A stretch of DNA of 32,000 bases. Origin: Chamaesiphon sp. 341R_metabat_111 (GTDB lineage Bacteria > Cyanobacteriota > Cyanobacteriia > Cyanobacteriales > Chamaesiphonaceae). The notes below the pieces were generated by a model. The model was not told where the DNA came from and did not search any database. It worked only from the letters and a program-made list of their open reading frames with translations. Positions within the stretch are counted from its first letter, which is position 1; the number at the start of each line of letters is the position of its first letter. Below are positions 10,985 to 18,553 of this stretch, piece after piece. The position numbers and the translations under genes are program-made. The stretch lies in contig JANXVE010000080.1 in the NCBI GenBank assembly GCA_025351825.1, forward strand, positions 56,699-88,698, written 5' to 3'.

Positions 10985-11761
10985 TTGTCGATCGCTAAAT
11001 ACACAGTGAGTAACTCTCTTCATCATATTCGGATTGTCCTCGTCGAGCCAGCAGGTGCCCTAAATGTCGGCTCGATTGCGCGGGTAATCAAAAATATGGG
11101 ATTGTCACAACTGGTAATTGTCAATCCTCAGTGCGAAGTCGATGGTGAAGAAGCGACTAGGATGTCGGTACATGCGATCGATCTATTGCAGTCAGCCAGA
11201 ATTGTCCCCGACTTACCAACCGCATTAGCAGGTTGCACCAGGGTAATTGCCACTACAGCCAGAGAACGTGCAATTCCAACTTTATTAGAAACACCCAGAC
11301 AAGTTTTGCCCTGGCTGGTAGAAACTAACGAACCGACAGCCTTAATCTTTGGGCGAGAAGATAGTGGCTTGACTAATGCAGAATTAAATTACGCGACACG
11401 GTATTTACGAATTCCAGTTGGCTCTGAATATAGCTCACTCAATTTAGCTCAAGCGGTAGGCGTTTGTGCCTATGAATTGCAGATGTGTTTGAGTAATATT
11501 GAATTAGAACTGCAAGATACTCGATCTCAAATGCCACCACAATTAGATCTTGCACCCGTTGAATTAGTCGAAGGATATTATCAACAGTTAGAAACTTTAC
11601 TACTCGAAATTGGCTATCTGCTGCCCCATACCGCCGCACATCGGATGGAGAAAATCAGGCGACTATACAATCGTAGTCAACTTTCACCGAATGAAGTTGC
11701 GTTATTAAGAGGGATTTTGCGCCAAGTTAATTGGGCAATTAAATCAGTTGATAGTGAATAG
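10985..11761 (+). CDS. SpoU/TrmH-class RNA 2'-O-methyltransferase (TrmJ-like)
   Basis: It has [38 protein letters not shown] and [15 protein letters not shown]. The start is uncertain: TTG at 10985 or in-frame GTG at 11006. Confidence 0.8.
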   Translation: MSIAKYTVSNSLHHIRIVLVEPAGALNVGSIARVIKNMGLSQLVIVNPQCEVDGEEATRMSVHAIDLLQSARIVPDLPTALAGCTRVIATTARERAIPTLLETPRQVLPWLVETNEPTALIFGREDSGLTNAELNYATRYLRIPVGSEYSSLNLAQAVGVCAYELQMCLSNIELELQDTRSQMPPQLDLAPVELVEGYYQQLETLLLEIGYLLPHTAAHRMEKIRRLYNRSQLSPNEVALLRGILRQVNWAIKSVDSE

Positions 11762-11826
11762 ATCTGTAATTGGGTTGAAGAATGTTGGCGTAGCCTTTCG
11801 GAACGAAACAACCCAACACACCGAAC
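11761..11826. repeat. Dispersed hairpin element, copy 1 (gatctgtaattgggttgaagaatg...aaacaacccaacaca), between convergent genes
   Basis: It shares AGATCTGTAGGTTGGGTTGAAGAATGAAACCCAAC-type sequence with 20720-20755 and, inverted, with 23791-23830. This copy carries a ~21-nt internal insertion. Confidence 0.65.
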
Positions 11827-12423
11827 TTATTGATGCAGATGTTCTTCTAGAGCATCAGGCAAAGTTAATTCAGATACAGATCTTTGATAATCCGGTGCAA
11901 TCACACATGGTAAATGTGCCCCAGCTAATCCTTTTTTAATGTGTTCAGATGTTTGACTAAATAAGACAAATAAGGGATAAAGATGTTCGGCACCTTCACT
12001 AATAATGTGTCGATAATATTGTGGCATGATCCATTCATAGTCATTGCCAAGTAATACCTGTGTCTGTCGCCAGCGAGAGAGTAAATCTGATAGATCTTCT
12101 TCAGGACGCTGGATAAAAATTACAATCTCGCCACCCATCTTAATTTTCCACTCTGGATCGCACATCAAATATGCAAGATCGCAGGGAATTAAGATTGTTT
12201 TAGAAATAGAAGTAATTGGTGAAAACTCATTAAACTGTTGACCTACCGATACTTTTCGGAGTTTGACAACAGGGAGGGGAATCGTAATTAAACTCTCTTC
12301 CGATCGCCTAATACTCGGAATCATTTCTAGATACGGGCGATATTGTTTAAGCAAGATAATTGCTTCATTACAATCGCTGTATCTAGCTAAAAGTTGTTCG
12401 TAATCCGATGGCTGAATAGACAT
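11827..12423 (-). CDS. Hypothetical protein (198 aa) trailing pilC
   Basis: Intact ORF with an ATG start, on the same strand as pilBTC and 141 nt downstream of pilC. I recognise no family. It is somewhat AT-rich. Confidence 0.55.
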   Translation of the reverse strand: MSIQPSDYEQLLARYSDCNEAIILLKQYRPYLEMIPSIRRSEESLITIPLPVVKLRKVSVGQQFNEFSPITSISKTILIPCDLAYLMCDPEWKIKMGGEIVIFIQRPEEDLSDLLSRWRQTQVLLGNDYEWIMPQYYRHIISEGAEHLYPLFVLFSQTSEHIKKGLAGAHLPCVIAPDYQRSVSELTLPDALEEHLHQ

Positions 12424-12564
12424 GGTGAATTAGTGAATAGTGGATAGTGAATAGTGAATAGTTTAAGATGGGAAATTATTTTCATGGGTGCGTAGGATAC
12501 TCACTGTCCACCAGCTAGCTTTTACGCATCTATTCAATAAATATTGCTATCCACGATCCACTTC
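12424..12564. repeat. TAGTGAA heptamer array with a weak facing arm, filling the pilC-orf198 spacer
   Basis: ggtgaat tagtgaa tagtgga tagtgaa tagtgaa tagttta (12424-12465) faces ctattcaataaatattgctatccacgatccacttc (12530-12564). Confidence 0.65.
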
Positions 12565-13791
12565 TTAACCGAGTTTCTCGAATACTTTGAACATGGGTAA
12601 GTACATCGAGAGCAAGATTACGGCAACCATTCCCGCGAGGAAAACCATCATAATTGGTTCCAAGACACTGGTGAGAGCCTTCACAGCCTGCTCGACTTCA
12701 TCTTCATAAAAATCGGCAACCTTCATCATCATCGTGTCTAGTTCCCCAGTTTCTTCACCAATACTGATCATTTGAATTGCCAGTGATGGGAAGACTTTTT
12801 CACGTTGGAGGGCGTTACTTAACATCCCACCTTGTTGGACTTCCTGCTTGGATTTCTCGATCGCATTGGAGATGACTTGATTACCAGCGGTGTCGCGGAC
12901 GATATCGAGGGAGTTGAGAATCGGCACACCCGATCGAGTTAAAGTACCAAAGATCCGGCAGAATCTAGCAGTAGCCGATTTTTCATTTAAGTCACCAATG
13001 ATCGGCATTTTCAAGAAAAACCGATCCATTGTCAGTTTACCAATGGTGGTTTTATAGTATTGGTTATAACCAAAGATTAATCCAGAAATTACCGTGATGG
13101 GAATCAGCACCATCCAACTAGTCAAGATGCCACTAATCCCCAACATAAATAATGTTAAACCAGGTAATTCGGTACCTAATCCTTTAAAAATACCTGCAAA
13201 TACCGGAATCAAGAAAATTGTCATTCCTAAGAATACAATCAGAGCCAAGATGCCCACCGCTACTGGATAAGCCATCGCGCCTTTGACCTGATTTTTGAGG
13301 CGAGACATATCTTCGAGTACTTTTGCTAGTCGATTGAGCACTTCATCGAGTACACCACCGACTTCGCCAGCTTGAATCATACTGACATAGAGCGCATCAA
13401 AACATTCTGGATGGCGGCGCATTGCGTCGGAGAGGTTAATCCCCTGCTGTACGTCCAGACTGACCTGTCCGAGCACTTTTTTAAGCTTTGGATTATTACA
13501 CTGCTCAGATAGCACGGTCAAACATCTCACCATTGCGACACCAGCATTGACCATCGCCGCAAATTGGCGAGAGAATACCGCTTTGTCCCGAACCGTAACT
13601 GGGTTCATTGCTGCTTCGATATCACTCAGGTTTATTTTGGTGATGTCAAAAGATTTTTGGGGTCTAATATTTTGAATGAATGGATATTTCTTTTTGAGTT
13701 TTGTCCGAGCGGAATCTACCGTTTGAGCATCAACTTTTTCTTGTTTGGTGTTGCCTTGGGCATCACGGACTTCAGCGATAAAGGTTGGCAT
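12565..13791 (-). CDS. pilC: Type IV pilus platform protein PilC (GspF family)
   Basis: The 408-aa product has two T2SS-F repeats (RQFA.MV.AGV...L, GEE/ETGELD motifs) and three TM segments. Confidence 0.93.
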   Translation of the reverse strand: MPTFIAEVRDAQGNTKQEKVDAQTVDSARTKLKKKYPFIQNIRPQKSFDITKINLSDIEAAMNPVTVRDKAVFSRQFAAMVNAGVAMVRCLTVLSEQCNNPKLKKVLGQVSLDVQQGINLSDAMRRHPECFDALYVSMIQAGEVGGVLDEVLNRLAKVLEDMSRLKNQVKGAMAYPVAVGILALIVFLGMTIFLIPVFAGIFKGLGTELPGLTLFMLGISGILTSWMVLIPITVISGLIFGYNQYYKTTIGKLTMDRFFLKMPIIGDLNEKSATARFCRIFGTLTRSGVPILNSLDIVRDTAGNQVISNAIEKSKQEVQQGGMLSNALQREKVFPSLAIQMISIGEETGELDTMMMKVADFYEDEVEQAVKALTSVLEPIMMVFLAGMVAVILLSMYLPMFKVFEKLG

Positions 13792-13795
13792 CTGT

Positions 13796-13947
13796 TTAGG
13801 GGATAGGGTTTAGGGGATAGGGGCTAGTATTGAGACTTTAGGCTTTGGGCTTTAGGCTTTAGGGATAAGAGATTAGGTGTTGAGTCTTGGGTGTTCGCAG
13901 AATGCAATCATCCTCAGACCTAAAGCCTAAAGCCTAAAGCCTAACTC
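13796..13947. repeat. Inverted GGCTTTA heptamer arrays filling the pilT-pilC spacer
   Basis: ctttaggctttgggctttaggctttaggg (13836-13864) faces cctaaagcctaaagcctaaagcctaa (13919-13944). Related ggggata/gggttta units occupy 13796-13825. Confidence 0.8.
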
Positions 13948-15045
13948 CTAATTCCTTGCTGCCATTGGCGTAGCACCAATCAGGCGTTGAAGCTCATCGG
14001 GGCGGGAGGATTTGGCGACACCTGCTTCAAAGGAGATGGTGCCTTCACGGATGTGTTTGGCGAGGATGGATTCCATTGTGTTCATGCCTAGTTTGGCTCC
14101 GGTTTGAATGGCACTATAGATTTGAGCGGTTTTGCCTTCCCGAATCAGGTTGGAGATGGCAGGGGTGACAATCATGATCTCCTGCACCATGACTCGACCG
14201 TATTCGCCTGGTTTGGGTTTTTTCTTTTGAACTAGAGCTTGGCTGAATACTGCCACGAGGGAGTTGGAGAGCTGGGCGCGGATTTGGGGCTGCTGTTCGG
14301 GGGGGAAAACATCGAGCATCCGATCGATTGTCTGAGCCGCAGAACTGGTATGGAGTGTCGCCATCACTAAGTGACCAGTTTCGGCAGCACTAATTGCCAA
14401 ACTAATGGTTTCCAAATCCCGCAATTCTCCGACCAAGATTACGTCTGGATCTTCCCGTAAGGCACCTCTGAGAGCGTTGGAGAAACTTTTGGTGTCTTCA
14501 CCTTTTTGGCGTTGATGGACGAGACTCTGGATGTTGGAGAAGACATATTCGATCGGATCTTCGATCGTCAAAATATGTTCGGCACGAGTCCGGTTGATCA
14601 GGTCGATCATTGCTGCCATTGTGGTGGTTTTTCCCGAACCAGTTGGCCCTGTGACCAGAATCAGACCTCTAGGACGGTGGCTCATTTCTCGGACGATTTC
14701 GGGGAGTCCCATCTGGTCGAAGTTGGGAATCTTGGAAGCTAGTGCCCGTAAGCAAGCAGCGTAGCAACCGCGCTCTTTATAGACATTGACCCGAAACCGT
14801 GCCAATCCTTTGACACCATAAGAACAGTCGATTTCCCAAGTTTGTTCGAGTTCTTTCCGCTGAGTATTGTTCAGCATACTAAAAATTAATTTCTGGCACT
14901 CTTGGGGGCTGAGGGGTTCTTCACCCACAGGTGCTAGCTTACCGCTGACGCGGAAGTACACAGGCGAACCTGCTTGAATGTGCATATCAGAGCCGCCCAT
15001 TTCGACGAGCTGCTCCATTAGGTCTTCGATCGTTAGTTCAGTCAT
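13948..15045 (-). CDS. pilT: Type IV pilus retraction ATPase PilT
   Basis: The 365-aa product has Walker A GPTGSGKTTT, ILVGELRD and TGHLVMATLHT, with PilT-type length. Confidence 0.95.
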   Translation of the reverse strand: MTELTIEDLMEQLVEMGGSDMHIQAGSPVYFRVSGKLAPVGEEPLSPQECQKLIFSMLNNTQRKELEQTWEIDCSYGVKGLARFRVNVYKERGCYAACLRALASKIPNFDQMGLPEIVREMSHRPRGLILVTGPTGSGKTTTMAAMIDLINRTRAEHILTIEDPIEYVFSNIQSLVHQRQKGEDTKSFSNALRGALREDPDVILVGELRDLETISLAISAAETGHLVMATLHTSSAAQTIDRMLDVFPPEQQPQIRAQLSNSLVAVFSQALVQKKKPKPGEYGRVMVQEIMIVTPAISNLIREGKTAQIYSAIQTGAKLGMNTMESILAKHIREGTISFEAGVAKSSRPDELQRLIGATPMAARN

Positions 15046-15169
15046 AGTTCTAGGCTTTGGGCGTTAGGGGTTAGGCTTTAGGTCAGGAGTTAAGCTTTAG
15101 GGGTTAGGCTTTAGGGGTTTCAGACGCTTATGTTCTTCCAATCCCTAACGCCTAAAGCCCAAAGCCTAA
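15046..15169. repeat. Inverted GGCTTTA-type heptamer arrays filling the pilB-pilT spacer
   Basis: taggctttgggcgttaggggttaggctttagg...ttaggctttagggg (15051-15118) faces ccctaacgcctaaagcccaaagcctaa (15143-15169). The pilB stop is the first triplet of the minus-strand repeat. Confidence 0.8.
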
Positions 15170-17157
15170 TTCTCAAATCTTGCCGTCATACAATAAGGAC
15201 AATCCAACCACTCTGGTTTGAGTTCGGCGGAACAGGTGGAGCAGACGAGGCTGGTTTTGCGCTTGGCTTTGAGTTCGGCTTCTAAACCAGAGTCGGTGAA
15301 GGTGACTCGTTCGACCTCATCGAGGGTGGTGTGACCTTCTTGCACCATCTGGAGGCTATACGCCAAAAGCGTTTTCATCCCTTGCTGTACTGCTACTTCC
15401 TTGATTAGGACAGAAGGAGCGCGTTGGTTAATCAGGGCAGCGATTTCATCGGTGATTTGCATCACCTCGTATACACCAGTTCGTCCGCGATAGCCGATGC
15501 CATTGCAGTTTTTGCAGAGGTCGCCACCAGCTTTGGCAGCTTCGATCTCACTATTACCTAGCTCTTTGGCTTTGTAGAAGGTGATCACAGTGTCTTTGGA
15601 TGCAGATAGCCCAAAGCGACTGAGTTCTTCGCGACTTGGGTTGTACGGGATTCGGCAATCTTTACAGACTCGGCGGAGCAGTCGTTGAGCGACGACTCCA
15701 ATCAGGGCGGCGGAAACCATGAATGGTTCTACGCCCATTTCATCTAGCCTGGTAATCGAGCCTGCCGCATCGTTGGTGTGCAGGGTAGTCATAACCATGT
15801 GACCAGTCAGGGCAGCTTCCATCGAGGTTTTAGCTGTCTCTTGGTCGCGGGTTTCTCCCACCAGGATGATGTCAGGATCTTGCCGCATGAAGGCGCGAAG
15901 GATCGAGGCGAAGTTCATCCCTTTCTCGCGGATCACCTGAACTTGGTTGATGCCTGGCAAAGCATACTCGATCGGATCCTCGGCTGTACTAATATTGACT
16001 CCAGGATCGTTTTGTTCGGCCAGAAGTGAATAGAGAGTGGTAGATTTACCCGAACCAGTTGGCCCAGTTACTAGGATTAGTCCAAACGGACGACTGCCCA
16101 TTTCCCTCACGATTTCCAGGGTTGGTAAATCGCTAATCAATTTATCCAGACCAAGCTGGGTAGAAGCATTGTCCAAGATCCGCATACAGACCTTTTCGCC
16201 GTAGCGTCCAGGTAGAGTACTAACGCGGAAATCTACCTTTCGCCCTTCAAATGTCCGGCGAATCCGACCATCTTGCGGCAATCTGCGCTCGGCGATGTCT
16301 AGTTCGGCAATAATTTTGAAGCGAGAAATAACGGCGGGGATAATATGCTTAGGCAAGATCGGGAATGTCTGACGCAATACGCCATCCTTCCGAAATCTGA
16401 CTCGCAAGCCTTCTTCCTGTGGCTCAATGTGGATATCCGAAACTTTTTCGAGTAATCCTTTAGCAAGAATTTGGTTGACGAGCTTAACGACAGGCGCAGC
16501 TTCTGCTCCCTGAACGTCAATCTCATCATTCATTTCCTCTTCCGCCATTCCCAGCTCTGGCGAATCGAAATTATCCATTTCGATGCTGAGATTTTTCTGG
16601 GCGTTGCTGGCTTCATCTTGCTGAATCCGCTCATCTAGATAGCTGTCGAGCAGCTTCTGATAATCTTCAGGTGCAATCACCTCGCTCCGCCAAGCAATGC
16701 CGTGGGGGCGGAGAATTTTATCGATGTCACTTTTTGCCTGGAGATCGTCTGGCTTGATCATCGCCACCGTCAGAATGGGAGGATCTCCATCTAGTTTGCC
16801 AATTGGCAGCAGTTTGAGTTGCCGACAACTATCGGCCGAAATAAAAGTATTAATTAATTCCCGAACCTGAATCTTGTCGATTTTAGCGGCAGCAATATCG
16901 ACCGCATTCAAACCATAGACAATTTTGAGTTCAAATAACTGTTGTTTTTTAAATTGTTGTTGTAGCTCGGCAGGCAAGGATTTGCCCGTCAATGACTCCA
17001 GAACCTCCGTCAGTGGGTGGTTATTCGCCCGACTATCAACCAATGCTTGTTTAAGCTGATCCGCATTGACATACCCTGCCTGAATCAGCTTGTTGCCGAA
17101 TGGAGAAAAGTCATTGCGGACGATGAGTGCCCGTTTCGGAAATGAAGATTGAGTCAT
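15166..17157 (-). CDS. pilB: Type IV pilus assembly ATPase PilB (GspE family) with an extra C-terminal Cys4 tail
   Basis: The 663-aa product has an N-terminal MshEN/GSPII-like region, Walker A GPTGSGKSTT, the canonical CKDC...CKNCNGIGYRGR zinc site, and an additional terminal CSTC-x12-CPYC. Confidence 0.95.
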   Translation of the reverse strand: MTQSSFPKRALIVRNDFSPFGNKLIQAGYVNADQLKQALVDSRANNHPLTEVLESLTGKSLPAELQQQFKKQQLFELKIVYGLNAVDIAAAKIDKIQVRELINTFISADSCRQLKLLPIGKLDGDPPILTVAMIKPDDLQAKSDIDKILRPHGIAWRSEVIAPEDYQKLLDSYLDERIQQDEASNAQKNLSIEMDNFDSPELGMAEEEMNDEIDVQGAEAAPVVKLVNQILAKGLLEKVSDIHIEPQEEGLRVRFRKDGVLRQTFPILPKHIIPAVISRFKIIAELDIAERRLPQDGRIRRTFEGRKVDFRVSTLPGRYGEKVCMRILDNASTQLGLDKLISDLPTLEIVREMGSRPFGLILVTGPTGSGKSTTLYSLLAEQNDPGVNISTAEDPIEYALPGINQVQVIREKGMNFASILRAFMRQDPDIILVGETRDQETAKTSMEAALTGHMVMTTLHTNDAAGSITRLDEMGVEPFMVSAALIGVVAQRLLRRVCKDCRIPYNPSREELSRFGLSASKDTVITFYKAKELGNSEIEAAKAGGDLCKNCNGIGYRGRTGVYEVMQITDEIAALINQRAPSVLIKEVAVQQGMKTLLAYSLQMVQEGHTTLDEVERVTFTDSGLEAELKAKRKTSLVCSTCSAELKPEWLDCPYCMTARFEN

Positions 17158-17335
17158 GGCGGCACGTAAATAGCTCCTTAGCTTTACAGTATTCCCACAC
17201 TCAAACCAAATCTTTCTATTTAGTCTAAATTTGCTAATATCGCTAGTTATTGGACTCTAGGCTTTGGGCTTTAGGGGAAACAATAGACAAAACAACACTG
17301 ACTTCCCAAGAAGTCTATTGCAGTTCTGGTCTTCT

Positions 17336-17382
17336 ATGCACCCATGCACCCATGCTCCCAGTCCCCCATGTCCCCTACGCCC
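17336..17382. repeat. C-rich octamer tandem array (ATGCACCC-like, ~6 units) in the pilB/grpE divergent spacer
   Basis: The units read atgcaccc atgcaccc atgctccc agtccccc atgtcccc tacgccc. A short GGCTTTA array sits nearby at 17257-17276. Confidence 0.75.
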
Positions 17383-17628
17383 AAATTCAGCCATGTGTCA
17401 CTTCTGGTCGATCGAGTGGGTACTATAAATTGAGACAATCCAATTCGGTCTACTGAATCGATCGACTAAAATGTAAGAGATCGACCCAAATCAGATTTAT
17501 ACTCATAGGCAGATTCACTGAATTAACTTCTCTTGTAGATATATAATCAGGGATCGACCATCACCTCATGCACATTCGATTTAAGGTCGAACTTGCCCGA
17601 GATGTCTGTTAACTGGAATGAATGAACG

Positions 17629-18390
17629 ATGAGTGAAACCGTACCACAACCACATAGACCAGATGATGAGCATAGTTCATCACCACAGTCTTCAGAAAAT
17701 CTCGAGTCGCAATCTACCCCCACGGGAACGGTAAGTTCGTCGCCGACTGAATCGGTGGTTGCCGATGCAGAAATTGCGGCGACTACGGATCCAGATGCGA
17801 ATACACCAGTTGCGACAGTACAAAGTGATGTCGTGGAACCCGAAATTCCCGAAACTCCAGAATCGGAGCTGCAATCATTAGCTACTAAATTGACGGAAAT
17901 CACCAATCAACGGGATGCCTTCCAAAGTCAATATCTAAGAATTGCCGCCGACTTTGACAACTTCCGCAAACGAAGTGGCAAAGAAAAAGAAGAAACCGAA
18001 CTGCGGGTTAAGAGTGACACGATTAAGGAACTCCTGAGCGTTGTCGATAACTTCGAGCGTGCTAGAACCCAAATCAAGCCTCAAAATGATGGGGAAATGG
18101 GCATTCATAAAAGCTATCAAGGTGTCTATAAACAATTGGTAGACAGTCTCAAACGAATTGGCGTATCACCAATGAGAGCGGAAGGGCAGCAATTTGACCC
18201 CAATCTTCATGAAGCGGTGATGCGTCAACCCACTGAAGAGCATCCAGAAGGCACCGTCATCGAAGAGCTGCAACGCGGCTACTACCTGGGAGATCGGATA
18301 CTCCGCCACTCACTAGTCAAGGTAGCTGCACCACCGGAGCAGCTATCAGCAGAAGATGCTGCTGATTTTGGCTCTGCTGAAAACAGTTAG
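17629..18390 (+). CDS. grpE: Nucleotide exchange factor GrpE
   Basis: It has the [12 protein letters not shown] motif and a C-terminal beta domain. About 85 aa of acidic S/T/P-rich extension precede the core. Confidence 0.93.
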   Translation: MSETVPQPHRPDDEHSSSPQSSENLESQSTPTGTVSSSPTESVVADAEIAATTDPDANTPVATVQSDVVEPEIPETPESELQSLATKLTEITNQRDAFQSQYLRIAADFDNFRKRSGKEKEETELRVKSDTIKELLSVVDNFERARTQIKPQNDGEMGIHKSYQGVYKQLVDSLKRIGVSPMRAEGQQFDPNLHEAVMRQPTEEHPEGTVIEELQRGYYLGDRILRHSLVKVAAPPEQLSAEDAADFGSAENS

Positions 18391-18395
18391 CTGAC

Positions 18396-18440
18396 TTGAC
18401 ACACTCATCCAGGAGGCTGGCTCCAGCTAGAGTGTGTCAA
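18396..18440 (+). promoter_or_regulatory. Strong stem-loop in the grpE-dnaK spacer
   Basis: ttgacacactc (18396-18406) pairs perfectly with gagtgtgtcaa (18430-18440). An inner gctgg-ct-ccagc palindrome extends the structure. No U-tract follows, so the function is unknown. Confidence 0.5.
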
Positions 18441-18553
18441 TCTCAGATAATTGCAGGGAGATGAGCACCCTTCAATCTAGCCCCAGTATTGCTCCAGCTA
18501 CATCCCAGCTATCCCCCGTTCCTGCATCCTTTTTTAAGTATTGCCTCAATCTT

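Noticed and set aside
17250-17456. 68-aa ORF in the pilB/grpE divergent spacer.
   Set aside because: It is composed of the GGCTTTA array and the C-rich octamer array. It has a TTG-type start, no ribosome-binding site and no protein-like features.
17547-17906. 119-aa ORF antisense to the 5' end of grpE.
   Set aside because: It is a shadow of the S/T/P/E-rich low-complexity N-terminal extension of GrpE and has no independent support.
18434-18553. A 40-codon N-terminal extension of dnaK from the ORF-track start.
   Set aside because: The canonical Hsp70 N-terminus begins at the ATG at 18554. The extension is non-conserved, and its start lies inside the grpE-dnaK stem-loop.
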